Of a stretch of DNA of 64,000 bases, positions 13,108 through 22,515 are shown one piece after another (position 1 is the stretch's first letter; each line of letters begins with the position of its first letter). A program made the translations under genes and the position numbers. The notes beneath the pieces were generated by a model. The model was not told where the DNA came from. It saw only the letters and a program-made list of their open reading frames with translations, and did not search any database. The stretch lies in contig OY843752.1 of assembly GCA_963693105.1 (NCBI GenBank), forward strand, positions 776,646 through 840,645. Reading direction: 5' to 3'. Source of the DNA: an uncultured candidatus Porisulfidus sp. GTDB lineage: Bacteria; Pseudomonadota; Gammaproteobacteria; Poriferisulfidales; Oxydemutatoraceae.

Positions 13108-15393
13108 ATGGAGAATCAGGAATCTGAAAAAAAGCAGGATATCCCGCAAAAGAGCGTGAAGGAGAAAAGGGAGGACAGCGGCGCTGATCTGACTCCCAAC
13201 CTGGAGGCCGAAGGCGGCCTCAAAAAAGTTCCGACCATTCTCCAGATGGAAGCCACCGAATGTGGCGCGGCGGCGCTGGCGATGGTGCTGGCGCATTACG
13301 GATGCTGGGTGCCGCTGGAGAAAATGCGGTCCGACTGCGGCGTTTCCCGCGACGGCTCCAAGGCGCTCAACATCATTCGCGCGGCGCGCGAATACGGCAT
13401 GATTGGACGCGGCTACCGGTGCCAGGTGGACAAGCTGCTTGAACTGCCCTTCCCGATGATCCTGTTCTGGGAATTCAACCACTTTGTTGTTCTGAGGGGG
13501 ATTAAAAAAAACAAGTACTACCTGAGCGATCCCGCCAGCGGGCCACGTACCGTAAGCGCCGAGGAATTCAACAAGTCTTTCACCGGCGTCGCCCTGGCGA
13601 TGTCGCCCGGGCCGGACTTCCAGCGGCAGAAGTCGGAACGCCCCAGCCTGCTCAAGGAGCTGCTGGCCTACATGAAGGGCAACATCAAGTCCATCGTGTT
13701 TGTTTTTCTGATTTCCCTGCTGCTGGTGGTGCCCGGCATCATCGGCCCCGTTTACAGCAAGGTTTTTATTGACGATGTGCTGCTGGCGCAGAACAGAAGC
13801 TGGATGCGCCTGCTGATTATAGGGATGTTGGTGACTTCTGTTTTCACCGCGATTCTGACCTGGATGCAGCAGAAAACCCTGAACCGTTTTCAGCAGAAGC
13901 TTTCGATTACTCTTTCGTCGCGCTTTTTCTGGCACCTGCTCCGACTGCCGACGGATTTCTACGCACAGCGCTATATCGGCGACATCAACGCGCGCGTCGG
14001 GGCCTGTAACCAGATGGCGGGGCTGGTGAGCGGCCAGCTCGCCACCAACGCTGTGCAACTGGTGATGGTGTTCTTTTACGGCGCGGTGATGTTCTTTTAC
14101 GACGTATGGATGACGGTGGCCGTCATCAGCATGAATATGCTTAATATGATCATGTTGAATGTGCTCACCAAGGTGCGTGACGACAGCCTGCAGCGAACGG
14201 AAAAGGAGGGCCGCAAACTGGCCGGCGTTTCCATCAGCGGAGTCAGTATCATCGAGACGCTCAAGTCCAACGGCCTGGAGGGGGAATTTTTCTCCAAGTG
14301 GGCGGGCTACCATGGCAACATGCTCGTGGCGCAGCAGCGTTTCAGTGTCTGGACCAGCGTCTTGAACATGTTTCCAACCCTGACCGGGGGGATGACCACC
14401 ATCTTTATACTGGGGCTCGGCAGTTGGCGGATTACCGAGGGGGATCTGACCGTCGGCAGCGTCATCGCGTTCAACATGCTGGCCGGAGGTTTCAGCGGGC
14501 CTTTCAACGGGCTGCTTGCGGCGAGCCAGAGTTTGCAGGCGGCGAGAGTGGCGATTACGCAGATCAACGACGTCATGCGTTACGAAAGGGACAAGCGGTA
14601 TGATCGCGAAAGCTGGGGCGACCTGGATTACACGAAACAGTTTAAAAAAGCGGGGCAGTTGTCGGGGCAATTGTCGGGCCATATTGAAGTCCGCAACCTG
14701 ACTTTCGGCTACAGCAAAAAAGAGGATCCCCTGATTGAAAATCTGAACCTGACCATTCGCCCGGGGAACCGGGTCGCCCTGGTCGGGGGGTCAGGCAGCG
14801 GCAAGTCCACCCTGGCGAAATTGATTATCAGCCTGTTGAAACCGTGGTCGGGGGACGTTCTGTATGACGGCACTCCGGTGGATTCCTTTGATCCGGCGAT
14901 TCTGTCAAACTCTATCGCTTTCGTGGACCAGGAAATCGTGCTGTTTCAGGGCAGTCTGCGAGACAATCTGGCGCTGTGGGACTTTTCAATGAAGGAGTAC
15001 GACATCACCGAGGCATTACGCGACGCCGAGATTTTCGATGAGGTGGCCAAGCGTTCAAGCCATTACGACATGCCGGTGGACGAGAATGGCAGGAATTTCA
15101 GCGGCGGTCAGCGGCAACGGCTGGAGATTGCCCGCGCGTTGGCCACCAATCCGTCCATCATCGTCTTCGACGAGGCGACGGCGGCCCTTGATCCGGTTAC
15201 CGAGCAGCGCATTGACGAGCACATCCGGCGACGCGGTTGCACCTGTATTATTGTCGCGCACCGCCTGAGCACCGTGCGCGACGCCGACGAAATCATCGTC
15301 CTCGAAAAAGGATCCATTCTTGAGCGCGGCATCCATGACGACCTCATCACCGAAAAAGACAGCCGCTATCATCAACTGGTGAGTTCCATATGA
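13108..15393 (+). CDS. NHLP-family bacteriocin export ABC transporter with C39 peptidase domain
   Basis: VPTILQMEATECGAAAL (catalytic Cys), FWEFNHFVV (His), TM domain, Walker A GGSGSGKST, FSGGQRQ, VFDEAT. Confidence 0.95.
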   Translation: MENQESEKKQDIPQKSVKEKREDSGADLTPNLEAEGGLKKVPTILQMEATECGAAALAMVLAHYGCWVPLEKMRSDCGVSRDGSKALNIIRAAREYGMIGRGYRCQVDKLLELPFPMILFWEFNHFVVLRGIKKNKYYLSDPASGPRTVSAEEFNKSFTGVALAMSPGPDFQRQKSERPSLLKELLAYMKGNIKSIVFVFLISLLLVVPGIIGPVYSKVFIDDVLLAQNRSWMRLLIIGMLVTSVFTAILTWMQQKTLNRFQQKLSITLSSRFFWHLLRLPTDFYAQRYIGDINARVGACNQMAGLVSGQLATNAVQLVMVFFYGAVMFFYDVWMTVAVISMNMLNMIMLNVLTKVRDDSLQRTEKEGRKLAGVSISGVSIIETLKSNGLEGEFFSKWAGYHGNMLVAQQRFSVWTSVLNMFPTLTGGMTTIFILGLGSWRITEGDLTVGSVIAFNMLAGGFSGPFNGLLAASQSLQAARVAITQINDVMRYERDKRYDRESWGDLDYTKQFKKAGQLSGQLSGHIEVRNLTFGYSKKEDPLIENLNLTIRPGNRVALVGGSGSGKSTLAKLIISLLKPWSGDVLYDGTPVDSFDPAILSNSIAFVDQEIVLFQGSLRDNLALWDFSMKEYDITEALRDAEIFDEVAKRSSHYDMPVDENGRNFSGGQRQRLEIARALATNPSIIVFDEATAALDPVTEQRIDEHIRRRGCTCIIVAHRLSTVRDADEIIVLEKGSILERGIHDDLITEKDSRYHQLVSSI

Positions 15394-18344
15394 GTGACCA
15401 GGACAACATTGTAGATCTGGACTTTATAAAACAACTCGGGGGCGAGCCCGTCATGGTGGGCGGCCACCACCCCATGTTGCTGACTGAGCCGGACGCTTTC
15501 TGGGTGATTGAAAACGGCCAGGTCGAATTGTTTGTCGTTGAACTTCTCAACAATGAACCGATCAGCCAGCGGCACCACATTGCAACCTTGTCCACCAACG
15601 ACGTGATGTTCGGTTCGTTGCCGGTTGCGATTGACGGCGAGGGCGATCACAGCCTTGCGCTGTTCGCGGTGGCGACGATGGACACACACCTCTACAAGGG
15701 CTCGCTTGAAAAAATGAAGGAGCAGGATTTTGACCTGGCGATGGTGGTGTGGCTCGACGGCTGGGTGAACAATCTTGAACACGCCTGCGGCCGCGCGTTC
15801 AAGATCCGGTCCGACGCCAAACTGCTGGAGGCCGATCCGGGACAGAAATTTGACGCCGGCGACTGGATTGGGGTCCACCATCTGGATGTATTGTGGATGG
15901 AGATTGAAGAGGGCAAATTGCTCTATCAGGGCGAGGAATCCCTGGAGATTGACTCCGAGAGCGGTATTTTTCCGATTACCGAGTGGTCGTTCCTGGAGGC
16001 TGCCAAGGAGGGTTGCACTCTCAACGCACATCACACGCCGACGGCCCTGATACAAAATCGCCTGTGGGATCACCTGCTGGAATACAACCGCTATTTTCTG
16101 AAAGCCCAGGTGCTGCTTCTCAGCAGCCATGCGACGAATCTCGGCAAAAATTTCAGCGAATCCCGCAAAGGCAGCGAAGAATCGCTCGACCAGTCACTGA
16201 GGCGGCTGAGCAGCTTTTTCCAGCGCCGGTCGAGCGGCAGAATTGTGGTGAGATCCGGCACCGGTCCGCTCGCGAGCATCTGCGAGGCACTGGCATATCA
16301 GACCGGCCACGAAATTCCGGAAGACGCGTTGAAGGGCGGCATCAGCGATTTGTCCCTGGCGGATGTGTTGCGGCGCGCCGGCTTTCTCTACCGCAAGCTC
16401 AAACTGGCGGATTCCGGGTGGCACACGCGGGACTCCGGCGCCCTGGTTGCCGTGATGCGCGCGGACGACCGGGCGGTGGCGCTGTTGCCTCAGAGAGGCA
16501 AAGGCTACAAGGTGTACGACCCGACCATGAAGGACGATTACGAGTTCAAGCCCTCGATGTTTGCGGACATGTACCCGAGCGCCTATATGGTCTATTCTCC
16601 GATGACCGGAAAGATCAAGGGGCTGAAGGACATTTTCAGGTTCAGTCTGCGGCATGACTTGATCAGCGACATCGTAATCGTCGCCTCTCTTGCCATATTG
16701 GGCGGATTGCTCGGTATTCTGACGCCGATAGCAACCAGTTATATCCTGAGCGATTTCATTCCCAACAGGGACCATGTGATGATTTACAGCACCCTGGCGG
16801 CGTTGTTTGTGGCGATGATCGGCAGCCTGATTTTCGGGGCGGTCAACTTCGTCGCGATGACCCGCGTCACCTTGCGCATGTCGCTGTCCGTGCAATCGGG
16901 GATGTGGGGGCGTCTGATGCACTTGCCGGTGAACTTTTTCCGCCGGTTCACTGCCGGTGATCTCGCCAACCGCGCCCTTGGCGTTGACGGAATCCGCGGG
17001 GCCCTGACCAACACCGTGGTTTCGGCGTTCACCAGCGTCATCGGCGGTGTGCTGAATTTTGGCCTGATGGTCTATTACAGTTGGCGCCTGACCATAGTCG
17101 CCATTCTGGTCGTGGCCGTGATGGCGGCCCTGACGGCGTTCATGATACGGATGCAATTGCCGCACCAGCGCGAGATAATAAAGCAACAGGGGCTGATTGA
17201 CGGACTGGTGTTCCAGTTGCTGAGCGGGCTTGCCAAGTTGCGGGTCGCGGGCAGGGAGAACTTCGGGTTCTCGCATTGGGGGAAGAGTTACGCCACGCAG
17301 AAAGCGTCCGAGTACAAGGCGTTGCAGTGGCGCGCCGCACAGGCCACGTTGAACAGCACTTTCGGCGTGTTTTCGACTGTGACGATGTTCTCGTTCATTG
17401 TTTATGTTTTGCTCGACGAGGGCGGCGGCTCCCAGCCCGATTTCAACTTGACAAGTTTTCTGGCGTTCAATGCCGCTTTCGGGCAGTTCACCGGGACGAT
17501 GCTGGGGTTGACGTCAACGCTCGCGACCGTCATTGAGATTATTCCGCTGTATGAACGTATCCGACCCATCATGGAGGAGGAGCCGGAGGAAAGCGCCGGG
17601 CGGCTTCTGCTGGATCCGGTTCGCGGCAAAGTCGAGTATGCCCGGGTGACGTTCAGTTACAGCAAAGAGGTGGGGCAGGTTCTGCGCGATGTCAGTTTCA
17701 GTATTGATCGGGGCGAATACGTGGCTTTTGTCGGCGAGTCGGGGGCCGGCAAATCCACCGTAGGGCGCCTGTTGCTGGGTTTTGAAAAGCCCGATTCCGG
17801 ATCCGTTTTTATTGACGGGCATGATCTGGCCGAACTCGACATCAGGGAATACAGACGGCAGATGGGCATTGTTTTGCAGGGCTCGCAATTGATGTCGGGT
17901 TCGATTCTTGAGAACATCCGCAGCGGTCTGACCGACCTCGGCCAGAAAGAGGCCGAGGAAGCGGCCGCGCAGGCGGGCTTGCTGGACGACATCCAGGCCA
18001 TGCCGATGGGTATGTACACGGTGTTGCCGGAAGGGGGCGCCGGGCTTTCGGGAGGGCAGAAGCAACGCCTGATGATTGCGCGTGCGCTGGCGCGCAAGCC
18101 GCGCCTGTTGTTGTTCGATGAGGCGACCAGTTCACTGGACAACATCAGTCAGGATATTGTGAAGAAAAGCCTGAGCCAGATTAATATCACGCGGATTGTC
18201 ATTGCCCACCGCCTGAGCACGATTGTTGATGTGGACAGAATTTACGTGATGCAGGACGGAAGCATCGTTGAGTACGGCACCTACAACGAGTTGCTTCAAA
18301 AGGACGGTTACTTTGCGCGTCTGGCGAAACGCCAGATTTTATAG
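15390..18344 (+). CDS. NHLP-system second ABC transporter (permease/ATPase, no active peptidase)
   Basis: Long N-terminal extension, W..RDSGALVA degenerate peptidase-like region, TM domain, GESGAGKST, LSGGQKQ, LFDEATSSLD; overlaps the upstream stop codon. Confidence 0.9.
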   Translation: MSDQDNIVDLDFIKQLGGEPVMVGGHHPMLLTEPDAFWVIENGQVELFVVELLNNEPISQRHHIATLSTNDVMFGSLPVAIDGEGDHSLALFAVATMDTHLYKGSLEKMKEQDFDLAMVVWLDGWVNNLEHACGRAFKIRSDAKLLEADPGQKFDAGDWIGVHHLDVLWMEIEEGKLLYQGEESLEIDSESGIFPITEWSFLEAAKEGCTLNAHHTPTALIQNRLWDHLLEYNRYFLKAQVLLLSSHATNLGKNFSESRKGSEESLDQSLRRLSSFFQRRSSGRIVVRSGTGPLASICEALAYQTGHEIPEDALKGGISDLSLADVLRRAGFLYRKLKLADSGWHTRDSGALVAVMRADDRAVALLPQRGKGYKVYDPTMKDDYEFKPSMFADMYPSAYMVYSPMTGKIKGLKDIFRFSLRHDLISDIVIVASLAILGGLLGILTPIATSYILSDFIPNRDHVMIYSTLAALFVAMIGSLIFGAVNFVAMTRVTLRMSLSVQSGMWGRLMHLPVNFFRRFTAGDLANRALGVDGIRGALTNTVVSAFTSVIGGVLNFGLMVYYSWRLTIVAILVVAVMAALTAFMIRMQLPHQREIIKQQGLIDGLVFQLLSGLAKLRVAGRENFGFSHWGKSYATQKASEYKALQWRAAQATLNSTFGVFSTVTMFSFIVYVLLDEGGGSQPDFNLTSFLAFNAAFGQFTGTMLGLTSTLATVIEIIPLYERIRPIMEEEPEESAGRLLLDPVRGKVEYARVTFSYSKEVGQVLRDVSFSIDRGEYVAFVGESGAGKSTVGRLLLGFEKPDSGSVFIDGHDLAELDIREYRRQMGIVLQGSQLMSGSILENIRSGLTDLGQKEAEEAAAQAGLLDDIQAMPMGMYTVLPEGGAGLSGGQKQRLMIARALARKPRLLLFDEATSSLDNISQDIVKKSLSQINITRIVIAHRLSTIVDVDRIYVMQDGSIVEYGTYNELLQKDGYFARLAKRQIL

Positions 18345-18407
18345 CCCGCCGCCCACTGCCACCGAGTCGCAGGCCGTAACAGCCGTGAGGGCTTTGTCCG
18401 GGGCGCC

Positions 18408-19943
18408 ATGAGCATACTTCGTTTCTCCGGCAAACCTCACTTCCGGCTGTGTTTCCATCCCGACCAGACCGTGGTCGAAAGGAGCGACGGCCGGTTTGTT
18501 CTGCGCAACAAGGCCGGCGACTGGAAGTCCATTTACCGCACCGATGTTGAGTGGCATCGCCTCCTGATTGAGACCATCCGGCAGGGCGCGTCGTTCGAGG
18601 ACATCCGCGATGCGATTCGTCCGTTGCTTGACGAGGAGCAGACGGCCGAAGCGCTGGCGCAGGTGAACGATCTTTTCCTCGGCGAGATGTTGGTGGTAAA
18701 ACTCGTCCCGGGTGACGGCATGGACAGCGCGCTGATATCCCTTGTCCCGCACGGCGTTGAATACACGCCGGAATTCGCGGAAATTGCCGATGACGAAAGA
18801 CTGACGCTGTCGCGTTTCGTGATGATGCGGCGCGAGGAGGGGCGGGTCATGCTGGAAACGTCCCTGAAGCCCTACCATCTGGTGCCGGAAACGCCTGAAG
18901 CGGATGCCTTTTTGACCCGTTTTCTGCGTACTGCCGCAGTATCGGATGTTTTGTCGGAATGGCCCGGGTCTTCGCGCGCGCCGCTCCGGGACATGCTGGC
19001 GTTGCTGAGAAACGACGGCATTTTATTGTCCGTGCCCGGCGACAGGAGCGGTCTGACCCGTTACGACGAGGGAGAGATTGCGGCGCAATGGGATGTCCAC
19101 GATTTGTACATGCACAGCACCAGCCGCCTCGGATATACGCAGATGGGCTATGGTGAGATTGGCGGCACATTTCCGAACATCGGACACAGCGACCCGCAGC
19201 CGGCGGTGCGCCCGTCGTGGGACGGCGAGGTGACTGAACTGGCCAGGCCCGATATGGAAAAACTGTACAGGGAGGACCGCCCGTTTGCGGCGGTGCAGGA
19301 TGGCCGCCGCACGGTGCGCGCTTACAACGAGCAGCAGCCGATTTCCGTCGAACAACTCGGCCATCTCCTGTACCGCGGTTGCCGCATCCTGTTCCGCAAA
19401 GAGGTGCCCATCTCAAGCCCGCAGGCGGACGCCGCGGGATTGACTTCGCTGGATTTTGCGTGGCGCCCCTACCCGACCGGCGGCGCCAGTTACGAACTGG
19501 AAGTGTATCTGTCGGTGGATCGCTGCAGCGGTCTTGGCAGCGGTTTCTATCATTATGACGCCGCCCGCCATTGTCTCGTCAAACTCCGGGACCGCACCAG
19601 GGAAATGGACAAAATACTGCGTCTCGCCTTTCTTGCGACGGGTCTCCAGGCCAGGCCGCAGGTCGTGCTTCACATGGCCGCCCGCTTCCAGCGGGTGACA
19701 TGGAAATACCGCGCCATCGCTTATTCCGGGATTCTGAGGAACGCCGGGGTGCTCTACCAGACCCTGTACCTGGTGGCGACGGCGATGGGAATTGCGCCGT
19801 GCGGCCTCGGTTCGGGCAACATCGAGCTTTTCCAGAGGGTGACGGGGCTGGATCCGATGGTCGAGGGCAGCGTCGGCGATTTCGGTCTCGGCAATTTGCC
19901 CGCTGGTTACCGCGAGGAGAACAGGGGAACGTGGCACACCTGA
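18408..19943 (+). CDS. SagB/ThcOx-type FMN-dependent azoline oxidase (peptide dehydrogenase), copy 1
   Basis: QWDVHDLYMHSTSRLG, RRTVRAY (FMN binding), RPYPTGGASYELE, catalytic WKY motif, LYLVATAMG. Confidence 0.9.
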   Translation: MSILRFSGKPHFRLCFHPDQTVVERSDGRFVLRNKAGDWKSIYRTDVEWHRLLIETIRQGASFEDIRDAIRPLLDEEQTAEALAQVNDLFLGEMLVVKLVPGDGMDSALISLVPHGVEYTPEFAEIADDERLTLSRFVMMRREEGRVMLETSLKPYHLVPETPEADAFLTRFLRTAAVSDVLSEWPGSSRAPLRDMLALLRNDGILLSVPGDRSGLTRYDEGEIAAQWDVHDLYMHSTSRLGYTQMGYGEIGGTFPNIGHSDPQPAVRPSWDGEVTELARPDMEKLYREDRPFAAVQDGRRTVRAYNEQQPISVEQLGHLLYRGCRILFRKEVPISSPQADAAGLTSLDFAWRPYPTGGASYELEVYLSVDRCSGLGSGFYHYDAARHCLVKLRDRTREMDKILRLAFLATGLQARPQVVLHMAARFQRVTWKYRAIAYSGILRNAGVLYQTLYLVATAMGIAPCGLGSGNIELFQRVTGLDPMVEGSVGDFGLGNLPAGYREENRGTWHT

Positions 19944-19953
19944 ATCATTCGCC

Positions 19954-21480
19954 ATGAGCATTCTCAGCCTTTCCAGAAAGCCCTGCTTCCGGTTCCGTCT
20001 CCACCCCGGCCAGACGGTTGTGGAAAATGACAACCGCAAATTCGTTTTTCGCAGTGTGGCCGGCGAGTGGGAGTCCTTCTATCAAACCGATGTCGAGTGG
20101 CAGCGGCTCCTCGTCAAGCTACTGCAACGCGGCGCCTCGCTTGCGGCCGTCCGGAGCGCGGTTTTCCCCCTGCTCGGCGTCGGCAAAACGGCCGCTGTCC
20201 TGGGACAGGTGGATTATCTCTTTCAGGCCGGAATGCTGGTGATGCAGCTGGCCGCGGATGAAAACACCGACGATGCATGGATGACTTTTGTACCGCACAG
20301 CGTTCCATACACGCCGAAATTTCCGGAGGTCGGGGATGAGGAAAGGCTCATGTTCTCGCGTTTTACGATGCTGCGCCGCGAGGACGACCGCATCGTCGTG
20401 GACACGCCCTTGAAGCCGTACCACCTGGTGTCGGAGACACCGTTCACGGATGCGCTCTTGATGCAGTTGATGCGCGGTGCTTCCGTGTCGCACGTCCTGG
20501 CGGCGTGTCCCGGGCCCTCGCGCGCCGCGTTGCGGGACGCGCTGGCTTTGCTGAAGCAGGACGGCATTTTGCTGTCGCTACCCGCGGACCGGGCCTGCCT
20601 GACCCGTCATGATGAAGGCGAGGCGTCGGCACAGTGGGATTTCCACGATTTGCACATGCACAGCCACAGCCGTGTCGGATTCACGCAGGTCGGCTACGGC
20701 GAGTTCGGCGGTGTTTTCCCGAATATCGGACGCTACGATCCGTTGCCCGCGGTGCGCCCGGCCTGGGACGGCCCCACCGTCGCGCTTGCAAAACCCGACA
20801 TGGAGAAACTGCACAAACAGAATTTCCCGGCGTTTGCCGGGGTACAGGATTATCGCCGCTCGGTGCGCCAGTACAACGAGGAACAGCCGATCTCAATCGA
20901 ACAACTGGGTCATTTTCTCTACCGCAGTTGCCGGATCATGTTCCGGCATGAGATGGAGATGGAAAGTCCGCTGTTGGACGTGGACGGCAAAGTGCCCATG
21001 CAGTTTGCGTGGCGGCCGTACCCGACCGGCGGCGCCAGTTATGAACTGGAGGTGTATTTGTCGGCGGATCGCTGCGCCGGTCTCGACAGCGGTTTTTATC
21101 ATTACGACGCCGACCGTCACTGTCTCGTCAAGATACTGGAGCGCACCCCGGAAGTCGAGCAGATGCTGTTTGGTGCGTATGTTGCGACGGCTCACCAGGC
21201 GAAGCCGCAGGTTGTCCTGCACATTGCCGCGCGTTTTCAGCGCGTTGCCTGGAAATACCGCGCCATCGCCTATTCGGTTATCCTGAAGAACGCCGGGGTG
21301 CTTTACCAGACTTTGTACCTGGTGGCGACGGCGATGGGAATTGCGCCGTGCGGCCTCGGTTCGGGCAACATCGAGCTTTTCCAGAAGATGACGGGGCTGG
21401 ATCCGATGGTCGAGGGCAACGTCGGTGATTTCGGTCTCGGCAGCTTGCCTGCCGATTACCACCGCCAACAAAAGCGGTAA
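19954..21480 (+). CDS. SagB/ThcOx-type FMN-dependent azoline oxidase, copy 2 (tandem paralog)
   Basis: Aligns end to end with copy 1: QWDFHDLHMHSHSRVG, RRSVRQY, RPYPTGGASYELE, WKY. Confidence 0.9.
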   Translation: MSILSLSRKPCFRFRLHPGQTVVENDNRKFVFRSVAGEWESFYQTDVEWQRLLVKLLQRGASLAAVRSAVFPLLGVGKTAAVLGQVDYLFQAGMLVMQLAADENTDDAWMTFVPHSVPYTPKFPEVGDEERLMFSRFTMLRREDDRIVVDTPLKPYHLVSETPFTDALLMQLMRGASVSHVLAACPGPSRAALRDALALLKQDGILLSLPADRACLTRHDEGEASAQWDFHDLHMHSHSRVGFTQVGYGEFGGVFPNIGRYDPLPAVRPAWDGPTVALAKPDMEKLHKQNFPAFAGVQDYRRSVRQYNEEQPISIEQLGHFLYRSCRIMFRHEMEMESPLLDVDGKVPMQFAWRPYPTGGASYELEVYLSADRCAGLDSGFYHYDADRHCLVKILERTPEVEQMLFGAYVATAHQAKPQVVLHIAARFQRVAWKYRAIAYSVILKNAGVLYQTLYLVATAMGIAPCGLGSGNIELFQKMTGLDPMVEGNVGDFGLGSLPADYHRQQKR

Positions 21481-21513
21481 TCTCCCGCAGCCGTTTTATA
21501 ATAGAGGAAGAAA

Positions 21514-22515
21514 ATGCCGATTTTTATGATAGGAACCCAGCGTTCCGGCTCCAATCTGCTGCGGCTTATGCTGCACCAGTCGCCGGATCTTGTCGCGCCG
21601 CATCCGCCGCATATTCTGCAGAAGATGAAGCCGCTGCTTCCGCTATACGGCGATCTGGCGGATACGGACCGTTTCAATCTGCTGGTGGACGATGTCTGCC
21701 GCCTGGTTGAGACCAATCCGGTTGCATGGCGCGAGGCGCCTTTTGACAGGCAGCATATCCTGAAGCGCTGCAAAGAACATTCGCTGCTCTCCGTCATGGC
21801 GGCGATTTATGATCAGCACATGTGCGATTCGGGCGCCCGCGACTGGGTGTGCAAGAGTCTTGCCAACGTCCGTTTTCTCGACGAAATCAAGGCGCATTTC
21901 AACGGCGCCGTGAAGTTCATCTATCTTTACCGTGACGGGCGCGACGTTGCGTTGTCTTTTCAAAAGGCCGTCGTCGGCGAGAAGCATGTGTATTCGATTG
22001 CGAAACAATGGCGTGACGATCAGGAGGCGGCGCTCACATTCTGCCGGCACAACGAAAAGGCCGCCTTTGGCCTGGGCTACGAGAAACTGACGACCGATCC
22101 GGAGCCCGTGCTTGAGCGGCTGTGCGATTTTCTCGAAATCGAATTCGTGCCGCGCATGCTCGCGCCGCACGCTTCGCAGGAGGCCACGGCGACCTCGCTC
22201 GCCGGAAATTTGTGGTCCAACGTAAGCCGCCCAATCTTGCAAAATTCACAGAAATTCCGTACCCAGATGCCGCCCGAATCGCTGCACATATTTGAGGCCG
22301 TGGCCGGCGACTCGCTTCGTGCCCTTGATTATGAGCTGGTTTCCGACCCGCCGGCCGACGGTGTTTCCTTTGGAGCCGATGAAATCGCGCGTTTCGAGGA
22401 TGAAAACCGCAGTCTCAAAGCGCAATTCATGCGCCAACATGCCGATTCGGCGGATCTTAAAAACCGCGCACCCCAGGAAGACGTGGTGCAGAGTATCCGC
22501 AGGCGCGCCGGCTGA
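21514..22515 (+). CDS. PAPS-dependent sulfotransferase
   Basis: 5'-phosphosulfate loop IGTQRSGSNLL and 3'-phosphate motif YLYRDGRDVALS; YEKLTTDPE. Confidence 0.88.
   Translation: MPIFMIGTQRSGSNLLRLMLHQSPDLVAPHPPHILQKMKPLLPLYGDLADTDRFNLLVDDVCRLVETNPVAWREAPFDRQHILKRCKEHSLLSVMAAIYDQHMCDSGARDWVCKSLANVRFLDEIKAHFNGAVKFIYLYRDGRDVALSFQKAVVGEKHVYSIAKQWRDDQEAALTFCRHNEKAAFGLGYEKLTTDPEPVLERLCDFLEIEFVPRMLAPHASQEATATSLAGNLWSNVSRPILQNSQKFRTQMPPESLHIFEAVAGDSLRALDYELVSDPPADGVSFGADEIARFEDENRSLKAQFMRQHADSADLKNRAPQEDVVQSIRRRAG

Noticed and set aside
18344-18408. Hidden precursor peptide inside the NHLP operon
   Set aside because: Intergenic gaps are too short, and no double-glycine leader ORF was seen
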